From NCBI GenBank assembly GCA_964399295.1, contig CAYNQD010000002.1, positions 27,859 to 91,858 on the forward strand: 64,000 bases of DNA. The letters run 5' to 3'. The notes beneath the pieces were generated by a model. It saw only the letters and a list, made by a program, of their open reading frames with translations. It was not told the origin of the DNA and ran no database searches. This document shows positions 46,758 to 56,398 of the stretch, in pieces; position 1 is the first letter of the stretch; each line of letters starts with the position of its first letter. A program made the translations under genes and the position numbers. This stretch comes from an uncultured Candidatus Saccharibacteria bacterium (lineage in GTDB: Bacteria > Patescibacteriota > Minisyncoccia > Phycocordibacterales > UBA918).

Positions 46758-47345
46758 TTAAGGAATTGGAATCTGCTTCAATACCGCCTGGACTAGGGTT
46801 TTGGTGTCGTCGGTATTATTCATTTTTATGACATAGGAACGAGCTTCTTTGGGATCGTAGCCCAGAGTGATGAGAGCGTCGATGGCATCAATCTGCGTGG
46901 CGGACAATTGCCCACTGGCGAGGGAAGTGTCGGTCTCAAAAGCCGGCAGCGAATCAATTTTTCCCGACAAGTAATTTACAATACTCACCGCTGTTTTTTT
47001 GCCGATGCCGGAGAGTTTGTGGAGCTGGTCTGCGTCTTGCGCTAGGGCTGAGTTGTACAGCAGTCGAGTATCGGCTTGATTTAAAATACCAAGCGCGGAC
47101 TTCGGCCCGATCTTGGGAATGTTTAGCAGCAGCTCAAAATAAATCAATTCGGTTTGTTCGGTGAAGCCATACAAATCAAGAGCGGTTTCGCGGACAGCCA
47201 AATACGTATACAAAAAAACAGTTTCATTGAGAATGAATTGGCGGCGGCTGGTGTTGGTGTAGACTTGGTAGCCGATTTTGTTTACCATGACCACGATACT
47301 GTTGTCGGTGATGGCGGAGACTGTTCCTTCAAGTTGGCGAATCAT
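46758..47345 (-). CDS. ruvA: Holliday junction DNA helicase RuvA
   Basis: 195 aa. OB-fold N-terminus (MIRQLEGTV...VNKIGYQVY), HhH domain, C-terminal RuvB-interaction domain. Confidence 0.85.
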   Translation of the reverse strand: MIRQLEGTVSAITDNSIVVMVNKIGYQVYTNTSRRQFILNETVFLYTYLAVRETALDLYGFTEQTELIYFELLLNIPKIGPKSALGILNQADTRLLYNSALAQDADQLHKLSGIGKKTAVSIVNYLSGKIDSLPAFETDTSLASGQLSATQIDAIDALITLGYDPKEARSYVIKMNNTDDTKTLVQAVLKQIPIP

Positions 47346-47392
47346 AAATGTGTTTGTATTGTATCTAAAAGTGGGGATTTTGTAAGTAGTGT

Positions 47393-48304
47393 TTAATTAA
47401 GTGAGGTCAGGTAATTCTTGTCTGTTCCATCCAAAATTCGTTCGTGTTTTTCTTGTAAAATTTTGGTGATGGCACCGATTTTGCCGTCGCTGATTTGGCG
47501 TGCGTCCACTTCTTTTACATGAGCAATGAAAGAAGATGTTCCGCAGGCAAAAATTTCTTCCGCGGTATATAGCTCGGTCAAATCTATGCTTCGGGCTTGG
47601 TGGGGGATGTTTAGGTCTTTAGCTAGTTCCAGAATTGTTTGCCGATTGATTCCTTCCAGTAGGTCTGAGGCGGTGTCGGGAGTGACGAGCACGCCGCGAC
47701 TAACGATAAAAATATTGGCCGCGCTTAATTCACACACGTGTCCCTGAGTATCAAGAAAAATACAATCATCATAACCACTATCCAAAGCGTCTTGTTTGGC
47801 CAAAACGGAATTCACGTAAGCACCGTTGACCTTGGCTCTGGAAGGGATAACATAATCTGGTATTCGCCTCCACACGCTGGTCTTGAGCCGCATGCCGTTT
47901 TGGGGAACGATGGGCAAGGCTTCGTACACAAAAATACTTAAAGTGGTATTGAGGCCGCGCGAGCGAGTGCCTGGCACCAGCTCATCAACATGGATAGTGG
48001 CGCGCACAAAAACATTCTCGGTCAAATTATTGGCCGCTATCAATTCCGTCACCACTTTTAAAAATTTTTCGTAAGTCCATTTGGGCTCAAAGGTGTCGAT
48101 GCCGATGATGCGGGCGGAATTGATTAGGCGGCGATAGTGGTCGGGTAGGCGAAAAGCAGCCGCGCCGTCACTGGTCATGACGACGGGGAAGACGGTGTAG
48201 ACGCTTAGTCCGTAAAGCACCGCCGCCGAGGCGATGTTTAAATTGGCGGTTTCTGTCGGGATTATTTTGTCTTTGAAGTAAGCTTTGATGTAAAGTTTTG
48301 CCAT
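47393..48304 (-). CDS. class IV aminotransferase (branched-chain amino acid / D-amino acid aminotransferase family)
   Basis: Fold-type IV PLP enzyme pattern. Start set at the internal ATG at 48304 (MAKLYIK) and could extend to 48400. Confidence 0.7.
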   Translation of the reverse strand: MAKLYIKAYFKDKIIPTETANLNIASAAVLYGLSVYTVFPVVMTSDGAAAFRLPDHYRRLINSARIIGIDTFEPKWTYEKFLKVVTELIAANNLTENVFVRATIHVDELVPGTRSRGLNTTLSIFVYEALPIVPQNGMRLKTSVWRRIPDYVIPSRAKVNGAYVNSVLAKQDALDSGYDDCIFLDTQGHVCELSAANIFIVSRGVLVTPDTASDLLEGINRQTILELAKDLNIPHQARSIDLTELYTAEEIFACGTSSFIAHVKEVDARQISDGKIGAITKILQEKHERILDGTDKNYLTSLN

Positions 48305-48413
48305 TGCCTTAAGATTAACATTTTTCTTGGGGAGTGAGAATGGTGTCTTTCCAGCAAAAAAAGTTGCTTTTTTGTCGCTAATACCGTATAGTGCTGTCAC
48401 TTAAATAAAACAT

Positions 48414-48677
48414 ATGCCGATAACAAAAGGAGCCAAAAAAGCCCATATTCAATCAGAAAAAAAGCGCGTGTATAATATTCGTCGCAAGAGTGTGTTGAGT
48501 GATGTGGTCAAAGATGTAAATAAAGCGGTGCTAGCGGGAGATGCTACCAAAGCTAAAGAGTTGTTACCAAAAGCCTACAAAGCGATTGATAAGGCCGCAA
48601 AGCGAGGAGTTATTAAAGACAATACCGCTGCCCGCAAGAAGTCGCGTTTGACCGCTAGAGTAAAGTCAGTTAAGTAG
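48414..48677 (+). CDS. rpsT: 30S ribosomal protein S20
   Basis: 87 aa, basic. AKKAHIQSEKKRVYNIRRKS is a canonical S20 N-terminus. Confidence 0.88.
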   Translation: MPITKGAKKAHIQSEKKRVYNIRRKSVLSDVVKDVNKAVLAGDATKAKELLPKAYKAIDKAAKRGVIKDNTAARKKSRLTARVKSVK

Positions 48678-48686
48678 TATTAAAGT

Positions 48687-48712
48687 AAAACCACCCGCAA
48701 GGGTGGTTTTTT
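48687..48712 (+). terminator. intrinsic terminator after rpsT (ccacccgcaagggtgg plus tttttt)
   Basis: Hairpin plus T-run. Confidence 0.75.
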
Positions 48713-48771
48713 GAAAGAAAGGATAGAGCTGGCTTTATTAAAGTAATTGTGGTACAATTAGGGTATAACTT

Positions 48772-49017
48772 ATGGAATCACAATTATTGGAAATTATTGC
48801 TCAAGAGCTAGGTGTGGAGCCGGCTACGGCTGTTATTGTTTTGGTGGTTTTGGCGATTTGGTCAACGGTTTGGAAAGGTTTGGCGCTGTGGCGTGCTGCT
48901 GAGCTCAGACAAAAATGGTGGTTTGTGGCTCTATTGTTCGTCAATACTTTTGGCCTTTTGGAAATAATCTATCTCTTTTTCATTACCAAAAAAGTCAAAA
49001 GCGAGGAGTTGAAGTAG
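48772..49017 (+). CDS. small two-TM membrane protein, hypothetical
   Basis: 81 aa, two hydrophobic helices. Confidence 0.45.
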   Translation: MESQLLEIIAQELGVEPATAVIVLVVLAIWSTVWKGLALWRAAELRQKWWFVALLFVNTFGLLEIIYLFFITKKVKSEELK

Positions 49018-49049
49018 GGGTATTATTTCCCTTAGTTTTTGGTGGAAAG

Positions 49050-49092
49050 AAAAGAGGCACGGCGCCTTTGGTGCCGTGCCTCTTTTCTTTAA
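49050..49092. terminator. bidirectional hairpin terminator (aagaggcacggcgcc-tttg-gtgccgtgcctctt) between convergent genes
   Basis: Read directly. Confidence 0.65.
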
Positions 49093-49103
49093 TTGGTTAA
49101 TAA

Positions 49104-49820
49104 TTATTTCTTAGTAAAGACAACCAGGCCGGAATCATCACGCAAAAGTAGTACCAAATCACCGTCTTCGGTAAATACAAAGTGTGAAGTGTTGGCAATC
49201 ATGCCTGAAAACTCTGCTTCCTGTGAACCTTCGCAGTACATCATGGTCGAGGCTAGTGGCCCGAAAGTGATGGTTTTTTCAGCTTCTACGGTGTAGCCGC
49301 CGCTAAAACCATTACAATCTGTTTTTCCATAAACTCGCCCTGCTGCGGGATCAAAGGTCAAAGTAAACGCACCAGCCTCATTGGGGGTGATCACTTCATC
49401 GTCATTCATTTGAGTCTCTTGCCAAACCCACTCATGGTCGGACAAGCCGGTTTCATCCAAAGTGACAGACGCTTCTACTTCTGTACTACCAACAAACAAT
49501 CGCTCCTCGCCCATAGAGAGACTTATCTCATCGCCTTTATTCCACAGTTCCAAGCCAGTTTCTTCGTTGACATAGCGTGCTCCAGAAGCAGAAATTGCCT
49601 GTGTAAAGACTAGGTCAACGTAATCAAGTCCGTTTAGGGTCGCGGTCTCGTCTTCGTTATTAAAAGTGACGGTGATGGCTTCACCATTATCTGCGTTGGT
49701 AAAGGTAAACGCCGCTGGGGTTGTTTCGGGTGCTATTTGTTTATCTTCCGCGCGGTCTCTGGTTATCCAAACAACCGCTACTAAAACCACTAGGGCTAAA
49801 ATTATAATTTTTATTTTCAT
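49104..49820 (-). CDS. secreted META-domain (HslJ-like) protein
   Basis: Signal/TM N-terminus. C-terminal GKTDCNGFSGGYTVEAEKTITFGPLASTMMYCEG pattern is typical of META/HslJ domains. Confidence 0.55.
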   Translation of the reverse strand: MKIKIIILALVVLVAVVWITRDRAEDKQIAPETTPAAFTFTNADNGEAITVTFNNEDETATLNGLDYVDLVFTQAISASGARYVNEETGLELWNKGDEISLSMGEERLFVGSTEVEASVTLDETGLSDHEWVWQETQMNDDEVITPNEAGAFTLTFDPAAGRVYGKTDCNGFSGGYTVEAEKTITFGPLASTMMYCEGSQEAEFSGMIANTSHFVFTEDGDLVLLLRDDSGLVVFTKK

Positions 49821-49902
49821 AGACTTTCATTGTACCAATTTTAACGGCGGCCTATTCCATAATTATAAACATCTTCTTTATGTGCTAAAATGTGGGTTAC
49901 GC

Positions 49903-50571
49903 ATGGACGATAAACAATCCTATCTTTCTAACTTCAAAAAGCTGCCGGCTGTAGATAAAACGCAGTTGGTCTTGAGTGCCTTTATAAAACTCTCGCTCGT
50001 GTTGGCGCTTATTTTTGCAGTTGTGGAAAAAGAGTGGACGACGGTCTTCGTGTGTGTCATTGCTCTTTTGGTAACGCTATTTCCTTTGTATCTGGAGCGC
50101 AACCACCGTTTTTATATTCCCATAGGTTTTGAGTTTATCATTGTTCTTTTTGTTTGCATGACGCTTTTTCTGGGAGAGGTGCATGGCTTCTACACGCATT
50201 TTTGGTGGTGGGACATCGTCTTGCATACCGGCTCTGGTTTGACTTTCGGTTTTCTTGGCTTTCTCGTTTTGTATTCACTACACTTAAATGGCAAGTTTCA
50301 GGTATCTCCGGCACTCATTGCTTTTTTGGCTTTCTCGGTGTCTTTGGCGACAGGTGTGGTGTGGGAAATATTTGAATTTTCCATGGATTCTCTTTTTGGT
50401 TTTAATATGCAAAAGAGCGGTCATCTTGATACGATGTGGGACTTGATCGTAAATACGTTTGGGGCTTTCGTCGCTTCATCTTATGGCTACATCTTCATGC
50501 GTCACCGCAAGCGCGGCCTGGGTATCTTTCATTATTATCTTGATAGCTACCTTTCAAGGAAGAAAGGTTAG
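49903..50571 (+). CDS. hypothetical polytopic membrane protein
   Basis: 222 aa from the ATG at 49903. About 6 TM helices. The upstream part of the track ORF overlaps the convergent gene and is rejected. Confidence 0.5.
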   Translation: MDDKQSYLSNFKKLPAVDKTQLVLSAFIKLSLVLALIFAVVEKEWTTVFVCVIALLVTLFPLYLERNHRFYIPIGFEFIIVLFVCMTLFLGEVHGFYTHFWWWDIVLHTGSGLTFGFLGFLVLYSLHLNGKFQVSPALIAFLAFSVSLATGVVWEIFEFSMDSLFGFNMQKSGHLDTMWDLIVNTFGAFVASSYGYIFMRHRKRGLGIFHYYLDSYLSRKKG

Positions 50572-50671
50572 TGTCGGAACTCAATCAATGGACAAATCGT
50601 TTTAAGATTTATCTACTAAATAAAGTGGAGAAGTAAACTTCTCCGAATCTTAATCAAGTTGGAGGGAGGAG

Positions 50672-50797
50672 TTAGGACTCCTCCTCTTCATCCTCCTCCT
50701 CTTCTACCCAAAATCCATCCCCTTCTCCGCAGAAGGGGCACTCTTGTTCACCGGCGTGGATCCATTGCCCACAACCACTGCACTGTTGTGTGTTCAT
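50672..50797 (-). CDS. small zinc-ribbon protein with acidic tail (41 aa)
   Basis: Manual minus-strand translation gives MNTQQCSGCGQWIHAGEQECPFCGEGDGFWVEEEEDEEEES. Two CxxC pairs. RBS gggagag 5 nt upstream. Absent from the ORF track (below 60 aa). Confidence 0.5.
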   Translation of the reverse strand: MNTQQCSGCGQWIHAGEQECPFCGEGDGFWVEEEEDEEEES

Positions 50798-51007
50798 ACT
50801 ACTCTCCCTACACCAACGCTCGTCTTCACCATGAAGACCGTCAACGGGTGCCTAAATTTAGGATTAAAAATACAATCTATCTTTTAGATAATTATAATCT
50901 TAATCCTAAATCCAGGTTGGAGTTGTGAAATAACTAATCTCTACAGAGTTTCAAACTTTCGCTTAAAACCCTGATAAAGTGTATTAAAATAGTACATTTT
51001 TATATTT

Positions 51008-51745
51008 ATGGAAATAAATGAAACTTTAGAAAGCATTGGTTTGCAAAAACAAGAGATAAAATTATATCTAGACCTGTTAGAACACGGCCATTCTACCGTT
51101 GCTGAATTGGCAAGGAGGACAAACTTGCATCGACCTTACGTGTATAAAGCTTTGCCTCATCTAATCAAAAAGAAGCTTGTAACCAAAGGCCCGTTTGGTA
51201 AACGTACTTTGTACATGGCGGAATCACCCGAAAAATTGGAAGTGGCTTTGGAAGAAGCAAAGCATAAAATACAAAAAATCATTCCTGAACTCCAAAGCAT
51301 GTATGTCACTGTAGGTAAAAGACCGATAGTAAAATACTTAACGGGAATTGAAGGTATTGAAACGGTATTTGCCGATATCATGACAGTGCTGAAAAAAGAA
51401 GATGTTTATTATCGTTACAGCAGTGTTTCAAAGTCTGTGTGGAATACTTATTTTAAAAAGAATTACTTACCCAAAGGCTACAAACAAAAAATTACCGAAA
51501 AAAATATCGGCAGATTGGTAATCTGCGGTGAGGCACAAGCTGGTATTTTGCAAAAAGAGATTGATGTTAGTGTCAAAATTATACCGGAAAAATTTGATCA
51601 GTTTGAGGATAATATCGTCCATATCGTCTACGCCAACAAAGTCGCTTTTATTGATTACGAAACAGAAACAGCCATTATTATCGAAAGTAAACGCTTCGCT
51701 AATTTTCAAAAGAAGATATTTTTGTTGTTATACCGAAAATTATAA
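51008..51745 (+). CDS. TrmB-family transcriptional regulator
   Basis: N-terminal wHTH (LQKQEIKLYLDLLEHGHSTVAELARRTNLHRPYVYKALPHLIKKKLV) with C-terminal extension. Confidence 0.65.
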   Translation: MEINETLESIGLQKQEIKLYLDLLEHGHSTVAELARRTNLHRPYVYKALPHLIKKKLVTKGPFGKRTLYMAESPEKLEVALEEAKHKIQKIIPELQSMYVTVGKRPIVKYLTGIEGIETVFADIMTVLKKEDVYYRYSSVSKSVWNTYFKKNYLPKGYKQKITEKNIGRLVICGEAQAGILQKEIDVSVKIIPEKFDQFEDNIVHIVYANKVAFIDYETETAIIIESKRFANFQKKIFLLLYRKL

Positions 51746-51778
51746 TAGAAACAGATAAATCTATTCTATATTAGAGTT

Positions 51779-52426
51779 TCATTTTCCCTTCAAAATAATC
51801 TCACTTACTTCCATATTTTTGGGTAGATCCAAAATTTGTTTTATCAGTTTTGCCACGGCTGCCGGGTCCATATAGTGTTCATCTTTGACATCAAAGATGA
51901 ACACTTTTTTAAAAAAGTTGGTTTTTATGCCATCAGGACAAAAACTAATGACTCGACACGGAGTATCTTTTAATTCTTCCTGTAGACTTTTTGTATAACC
52001 TCTCGCTGCCCATTTTGAAGCCGAATACACAGGCTCGTTATTTTTTACGGTCTCGGTATCGCAAATCACATTTAAAATATCCGTTTGATCATTTTTGATG
52101 CGCTCAAATAGGTTTGATACTAGGAGTAGGGGAGCCTTGAGATTTGTGGACATTAGTCTTTTTATCTCGTCTTCAGTGATACTGTCGAAACTTTCGCGAC
52201 TATAAATACCAATGCAATTTATGATGTGTTCTAGCGGCTCGTTCATTTTTAGAATTTCCTGAGCAGCCTTTTCAATCTCCGTTCCCTCGCGCAAAGATAA
52301 AGAGATATTTGCATCGGCATATTCAGATTTATTTCGAGAGATATTTACAACGGTCTTACCGGCTTCTTTATATAGTTTTGCCACCTGAAGTCCGAGTCCG
52401 TCGCTAGCGCCTGTTATTACAATCAT
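51779..52426 (-). CDS. SDR-family oxidoreductase
   Basis: TGASDGLG Rossmann motif and YSASK (YxxxK) catalytic motif. Confidence 0.8.
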   Translation of the reverse strand: MIVITGASDGLGLQVAKLYKEAGKTVVNISRNKSEYADANISLSLREGTEIEKAAQEILKMNEPLEHIINCIGIYSRESFDSITEDEIKRLMSTNLKAPLLLVSNLFERIKNDQTDILNVICDTETVKNNEPVYSASKWAARGYTKSLQEELKDTPCRVISFCPDGIKTNFFKKVFIFDVKDEHYMDPAAVAKLIKQILDLPKNMEVSEIILKGK

Positions 52427-52465
52427 AAGTTGAATTATATCAATATTAAAAGAGTGTTTTCTTAT

Positions 52466-52810
52466 TTACTCCACATTTCCTTCCGGTCCGATACCCCAAA
52501 AACTGTCCACTGGAGAGTTTTCGATAATTTTACTACCACCAGTCTTTTTCAGGATATCACATACGTCTTGATGTTGTGTTGCTTTCGCGCACAGTATTTC
52601 TTCCATCACGGCGACTCTTTCTTCACGCCATGTCGGTGGTAGTTTGTCTTTATTCGCGTCCGATATTTCCTTAACCAAATAGGGACTTTTTGCCAACAAG
52701 ACAATGTTTGCTACGCTTCTATGACTCGCAGAGAATTTTTTCCATTGAAACGCGTGTTCTGCGTTTGGAAAGCCTTTTCTTAACAAATAACAATAAATAC
52801 ATATTGACAA
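52466..52810 (-). pseudogene. NADAR-domain (YbiA-like) protein, N-terminally truncated
   Basis: ..NAEHAFQWKKF.. and SFWGIG motifs are present. About 25 N-terminal residues of the domain are missing and are not recoverable in other frames. Confidence 0.4.
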
Positions 52811-52863
52811 ACGATAAATAGTAAATTAAGCTGTATTTATTAACAATACATAAAGAATCATTT

Positions 52864-53349
52864 ATGAAAAGAAGCTTAATTATATTTCTTCAGGTTGTCA
52901 TTTTTTTCGTTGGTATCGGCGTACTTGCTCTTATGCTCGTAGGGCCACACTTTGAGGGTAGAAATGCCGATGCCACGCTCTTTGAGATTTATTTCAAAGA
53001 CCCATTTCTGGCGTATGTGTATGTAGCGTCCATTGCGTTTTTTGTGGCGTTGTATCAGGCGTTTAAATTGCTCGGATATATCTGGCAAAATAAGGTATTC
53101 TCGGGAGCGGCCGTAAATACTTTGCGGACTATCAAATATTGCGCGCTGTCTCTAATCGGGTTTATCGTTGGAGCGGAAGGTTATCTTTTTGTCGTACAGC
53201 GCAAGGTGGAGGAGGATATTGCGGGTGGGGTAATGATGGGTCTGGTGCTGATTTTTATTTCTTCCGTGGTGGCCACTGCTGCGGCTGTGTTTGAAAAAAC
53301 TTTGCAGAACGCCGCCGATATAAAATCAGAAAACGATTTAACTGTATAA
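52864..53349 (+). CDS. DUF2975-like membrane protein
   Basis: 161 aa, 4 TM. Immediately followed by an XRE-family regulator, the typical DUF2975 partner arrangement. Confidence 0.5.
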   Translation: MKRSLIIFLQVVIFFVGIGVLALMLVGPHFEGRNADATLFEIYFKDPFLAYVYVASIAFFVALYQAFKLLGYIWQNKVFSGAAVNTLRTIKYCALSLIGFIVGAEGYLFVVQRKVEEDIAGGVMMGLVLIFISSVVATAAAVFEKTLQNAADIKSENDLTV

Positions 53350-53353
53350 CCGT

Positions 53354-53557
53354 ATGGCAATTATAATCAACATAGACGTGATGTTGGCAAAAAGAAAAAT
53401 GAGTGTCACTGAGCTGGCGGAAAAGGTAGGTATCACCATGGCCAATATTTCCGTACTGAAAAACGGCAAGGCTAAAGCCGTTCGACTATCGACCTTGGAA
53501 GCAATTTGCAAAGCGCTAGACTGCCAACCGGGGGATATTTTGGAGTATAAAAGGTAG
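53354..53557 (+). CDS. XRE-family helix-turn-helix transcriptional regulator
   Basis: 67 aa. MSVTELAEKVGITMANISVLKNGKAKAVRLSTLEAICKAL is a Cro/C1-type HTH. Confidence 0.8.
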   Translation: MAIIINIDVMLAKRKMSVTELAEKVGITMANISVLKNGKAKAVRLSTLEAICKALDCQPGDILEYKR

Positions 53558-53601
53558 TTCAAAGTAATCTGTGGGCATGTCATAATGCTACACTATATAT
53601 T

Positions 53602-55086
53602 ATGTACCGGACTTTAAAACAATATTTTGGCTACGATGAATTTAGGCCTTTGCAGAAAGAAATTATTGAGCGTGTGCTGGAGAAAAAGGATTGCTTGGTT
53701 TTGATGCCGACTGGCGGTGGGAAGTCACTTTGTTTTCAGTTGCCGGCATTGTTGCAAGCAGGAATTACCGTTGTGGTTTCGCCGCTGATTTCGCTGATGA
53801 AAGATCAGGTTGACGCGCTCTTGGGAAACGGCATCAACGCCGCACTCATCAACAGCTCCCTCACTTCAGACGAAATTGACAATGTAATTCAAAAAGCCCG
53901 CAGTGGTGAAATTAAAATTTTGTATATTACCCCGGAACGACTGGCGCTCGCTTCGTTTGAAGCAATTTTGCGTACGTTGCCGGTGGGGCTATTTGCGATT
54001 GATGAGGCGCATTGCATCTCTGAGTGGGGCCACGACTTCAGGCCAGATTACCGCAACCTCAAATCACTACGGCAAAAATTTCCAAACGTACCGATTATCG
54101 CGCTGACAGCGACAGCAACCGAAAAAGTGCGGGCGGATATCGTGCGGCAGCTGGCTTTGCCTAGTCCTAATATTTTTACCTCCAGTTTCAATCGGCAAAA
54201 TCTTAGCTATGAAGTCTTGCCCAAAAAAGATTCGTTTAGAACTATTTTGTCGTTAGTGTCTTTATATAAAGATGAAAGCATTATTGTTTATTGTTTTTCG
54301 CGCAAAGACACCGAAACAATTGCGGAGAAGCTCAATAAGCAAGGATACAAAGCCGGCACCTATCACGCCGGACTAAGTGCCGATGCTCGCCGAGATAATC
54401 AAGAAAAATTTATTCGCGACGAAATCCAGATAATGGTGGCCACAATTGCTTTTGGAATGGGAATTGATAAGCCGGACGTGCGTTTGGTTATTCATCATAG
54501 TCTGCCGAAATCAATTGAGGGTTATTATCAAGAGACAGGCAGGGCTGGGCGAGACGGATTGTCAGCCCGCTGCGTGCTTTTGTTTTCCATGGCGGATAAA
54601 TTTAAACACGACTACTTCATCGACCAGCTGGCTGATGGAGAAGAAAAGGCGCAAGTCCAAGACAATCTAAATCAGTCGGTGCGGTATGGTTATCTCGGCA
54701 GCTGCCGCCGAAAATTTCTACTCAGTTATTTTAACGAAAACTACACGGAAGCAAATTGCGGGAATTGTGATCAGTGCGTCGTGCCGACACCGCTCGTATT
54801 GCAAAAAATGAGCAGCGAAAAAAGCCCAACCAAAACACCGGCAGTCTTCTCTGCCGAAAATAGCAACTACGACGGAGCGCTCTTTGAAAAATTGCGGCAG
54901 GTGCGGACAGCTGAAGCCGGTCGTCAGCGGGTAGCACCCTACATGATTTTTGGCGACAAAACTCTCAGAGAAATGGCGATACACAAACCACAGACCAAAG
55001 AAGCTTTTCTAAACATCAGCGGCGTCGGCGAAAAGAAATTGGCGCAATTTGGCGAGTTGTTTATGGCGGCGATTAGGGAGCACTAA
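53602..55086 (+). CDS. recQ: ATP-dependent DNA helicase RecQ
   Basis: Motif I LMPTGGGKSLCFQLPA, DEAH (AIDEAHCISEWGHDFRPDY), Zn-binding Cys cluster (CGNCDQC), and C-terminal HRDC. Confidence 0.88.
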   Translation: MYRTLKQYFGYDEFRPLQKEIIERVLEKKDCLVLMPTGGGKSLCFQLPALLQAGITVVVSPLISLMKDQVDALLGNGINAALINSSLTSDEIDNVIQKARSGEIKILYITPERLALASFEAILRTLPVGLFAIDEAHCISEWGHDFRPDYRNLKSLRQKFPNVPIIALTATATEKVRADIVRQLALPSPNIFTSSFNRQNLSYEVLPKKDSFRTILSLVSLYKDESIIVYCFSRKDTETIAEKLNKQGYKAGTYHAGLSADARRDNQEKFIRDEIQIMVATIAFGMGIDKPDVRLVIHHSLPKSIEGYYQETGRAGRDGLSARCVLLFSMADKFKHDYFIDQLADGEEKAQVQDNLNQSVRYGYLGSCRRKFLLSYFNENYTEANCGNCDQCVVPTPLVLQKMSSEKSPTKTPAVFSAENSNYDGALFEKLRQVRTAEAGRQRVAPYMIFGDKTLREMAIHKPQTKEAFLNISGVGEKKLAQFGELFMAAIREH

Positions 55087-55243
55087 GGTATACTTATTTA
55101 TTATTAAGTTATCCAATACAAAATATTTTTACTGAATATTCTCTTTCATCAAATATATCTGACCATTCCTCACTATTTTTTAATCCAAAAAATTCCGCGC
55201 ATGCTTGCACTGGGGTAGTTCATTTGATAAAGTTGAATTTATG

Positions 55244-55414
55244 AAACTTCTAGTATTTAAAATCGTACTCGCCATAAATACGGCCGCGCTAGCTATACTT
55301 TTTGCAGTATGGTGGAACAACGGTCGCGAGGACACGTGGTTTTTTATAACAATGGGGATAATTGTTTTGTCATCATTTTTGTATGTATCACCTCGTAAGA
55401 AAGATGGGGAATAA
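55244..55414 (+). CDS. hypothetical small two-TM membrane protein
   Basis: Short ORF with two hydrophobic segments. Weak. Confidence 0.25.
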   Translation, partial: KLLVFKIVLAINTAALAILFAVWWNNGREDTWFFITMGIIVLSSFLYVSPRKKDGE

Positions 55415-55462
55415 TAGGATTCGCTTGAGGTATTCTAACACAAAACTACCAAATTGTCAATG

Positions 55463-55549
55463 CGGAGAGAGAGGGATTCGAACCCTCGAGGAGCTTTCAC
55501 CCCTAACGGTTTTCAAGACCGCCGCCTTCAACCACTCAGCCATCTCTCC
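55463..55549 (-). tRNA. tRNA-Ser (anticodon TGA), long variable arm
   Basis: Manual fold: GGAGAGA acceptor, anticodon loop CTTGAAA, long variable arm, T-loop TTCGAAT. Confidence 0.8.
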
Positions 55550-55648
55550 GTGATTATTTAATTTTCTGCAATTCTCTTAATATTAGTAGAGCTTTGGCGT
55601 ATTATCCATTAATTCAGAATAGTCGCTATCGCTCCTTTCTTCATTGAA

Positions 55649-55690
55649 CACTCAGCCATCTCTCCATTATTATTTAGTTTTTTAATTCTC
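55649..55690. repeat. partial direct duplication of the tRNA-Ser 5' end plus adjacent flank (cactcagccatctctcc + attattatttagtttttt)
   Basis: The 17-mer is identical to tRNA positions 55533-55549, and the following flank is similar to the sequence after the real tRNA (55550-55575). Confidence 0.5.
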
Positions 55691-55750
55691 CAACGATCTC
55701 TATATTAACGGCATCCCGTTAGCAACAGATACTACCAAATTAGTTGAAAA

Positions 55751-56254
55751 ATGTACAATGTCCTATGCTATAATTCTTGCAACATGGAACCATCAGCACG
55801 AGCCATCACCTGGGAAGCCCCGGATCATCATCATACGGAAAAGGGAAGTGATTGGTATTTTTCGTTTATTATTGTAGTGATAGCGGCCGTTATCGCGGCT
55901 TTGCTGTTTAATAACACCCTATTTGCTTTGTTGTTGGGCGTGTCGGGATTGGCTTTGCTTATTGTGGCCAATAAAAAGCCTTTGGTCATACCTTTTGGTG
56001 TGACCGTACGCGGCATAAGGGTTGACGACCACCTTTATCCCTACCCAACCTTAAAATCGTACCATATTGATGAGGACGACGTAAATGGCCCTCAGTTGTT
56101 GGTGTTGACCAAGCACCACTTCATGCCTCTGCTGGTTTTGCCCATTCCGCCTGAATATGTGGACGACATCGAAAGCATTTTGAAAGGCCGATTGAAAGAG
56201 GAATTTCTGGAAGAATCTTTCTTTGTTAAGGTACTGGAAAGATTTGGATTTTAG
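55751..56254 (+). CDS. hypothetical membrane protein (two TM plus C-terminal PH-like region, YdbS/bPH_2-like)
   Basis: TM pair FSFIIVVIAAVIAALLF / LFALLLGVSGLALLIV followed by a soluble domain. The start may be the internal ATG at 55784. Confidence 0.4.
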   Translation: MYNVLCYNSCNMEPSARAITWEAPDHHHTEKGSDWYFSFIIVVIAAVIAALLFNNTLFALLLGVSGLALLIVANKKPLVIPFGVTVRGIRVDDHLYPYPTLKSYHIDEDDVNGPQLLVLTKHHFMPLLVLPIPPEYVDDIESILKGRLKEEFLEESFFVKVLERFGF

Positions 56255-56398
56255 GGTATACTGCTCTGCGAAGAAAGTCACTTCTGATTTTCTTTCAAAT
56301 AAGTATATTCGCTCTACTGTCTCCTCGGCTAAGGCCTTGGAGGCGAGAGCTGCACTCGAAGCTTAAATAAAAATAAACTTTTATTTAGTCTCTCGTTT

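Noticed and set aside
50659-50928. 89-aa plus-strand track ORF
   Set aside because: It is antisense to a better-supported minus-strand 41-aa zinc-ribbon ORF with an RBS. Its Pro/Arg/His-rich composition is not protein-like.
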